Source of the DNA: Oopsacas minuta
Taxonomy: Eukaryota > Animalia > Porifera
DNA: 64,000 bases
Assembly: GCA_024704765.1 (NCBI GenBank)
Contig: JAKMXF010000329.1
Location: forward strand, 124,001 to 188,000
Direction: 5' to 3'
Shown here: one piece after another, positions 62,788 to 64,000 of the stretch
How positions within the stretch are numbered: the first letter of the stretch is position 1
Layout of the letters: each line of letters begins with the position of its first letter
Translations under genes and position numbers: made by a program
Notes under the pieces: model-generated
What the model was told of the DNA's origin: nothing
The model's input: only the letters and a program-made list of their open reading frames with translations
Database searches by the model: none

Positions 62788-64000
62788 TATTTAATAGTAT
62801 AGATTATTCATTTTTATAGTGATTAGTAGCACTGTGTGTGTGTGTCTGTTTGTGTGTAGTCTTGAAGTCGAGGAACGTGACCCCACTATTCTTATTAAGC
62901 TTTAGCCTCCCCAGTATTGATTTTTCCTTTCACCCAAATTTACAGGAACGTAGCCCCCTCGAACGGCGAGGGATATCTGTAGTCCACTTCTGCCACATGT
63001 GGAACAAGTATAAAATGCAAATATGTCTGCAAGATTTGCTCTAAACAATTCATATATTCATACTGGGGTAATACTCAGGCTTAGAATTGAAAAAATGATA
63101 TCAGAATGGTTCAATCTCATTTGAATTCGATGCAATCTACGATTGAATGTTAAATTAGCTCATTAATTATTTAGTAGAATATTCATCGAATTAGGCATGG
63201 CAATATGAATCTCATAATCAAATAGGATTTACGAGTGTAAATTTGGTGGTGTGCAAGTGCTTTAGTTCTGCTGTTTTCAAGGTGATGGTACTTATATTCG
63301 AAATGTTGTTAACTTCTTAGTGCTGGAGTTCGTATATTTCAGTGGCCGGGAATTAGGGGTAAATTGTAAATTACCATTGGGGGTAATTTACAATTTTATC
63401 ATGTACGCATTTTAACAACACTTTCCAAAAATATTTATAATGGTGTCAGGCCTGTCTAGGTTCGCCCGGCGCACCCAGGGGTGCCTAATCTTTGGAAAAT
63501 ATTTATGAAGGTCAGAAATCTAGTCTTTATCATGCGCTACACCCTGTTGTTCATACTCTAGGGTCTGCAAAATTAATCCATGCAAACTTGGGTTTCGCGG
63601 GTTTCTTAACTATATATAATGCCCTACTGGGTTTACGCAGACACCTCTCTCTATAGAGTTTGTACGGAATTTTCTTCTTGTCCGAGACCAATTGCAGATA
63701 TTTATGTAAGTATTTGAGATAAAAAATGCTTAAAATTTTCCCAAGGCTGCTAATGATACTATGTATGTCAAATGCTCTTAACACAATTTTCTGCAAAATA
63801 TGTGAAAAGGCGATTCCAGAGTATCTTATGTTTTTAATGAAACTGAATTTCTTAGTTTCTAAATTATATGTCCAGGATGTTTGATTAATTCGCAACAATG
63901 TCAGACTAGCGAAGTACCAGGGGCCTCATCGTTAAACTCTGGAAATTGGACCCACCATACGGCTATGCGTCAAATATCCCCGAAGTAACCCTCCTGTGAT

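Overview
AT-rich eukaryotic DNA, most likely from a non-vertebrate animal (inference). The window is almost entirely nested cut-and-paste DNA transposons and their MITEs: hAT (four elements), MULE (including a 7-kb NOF-like element), mariner (two), a maT/Tc1-like fragment, a THAP/P-superfamily element and a KDZ-like fragment. The only recognisable host-gene piece is an N-terminal SPT6 exon. The main signal is a Transib (RAG1-core-like) group. It comprises two intact 3.1-kb copies (17160-20270 and 45140-48249, 710-aa transposase, different 5-bp TSDs), two deleted elements of other subfamilies and one MITE. Their ends start with the RSS heptamer CACAGTG or a close variant and are bipartite and asymmetric: the second motif lies 9 bp further in at the long end than at the short end (8/17 or 7/16 spacers); in the coding elements the long end is 3' of the gene. 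The transposases carry a segment that aligns by eye with the RAG1 nonamer-binding domain, and no RAG2-like gene is present. A second theme is transposons carrying ubiquitin/SUMO-protease domains: an OTU domain on the MULE, a Ulp1 domain fused to a hAT transposase, and an orphan Ulp1-PHD module. No rRNA, CRISPR or reverse transcriptase was recognised. All alignments were made by eye and no databases were searched.
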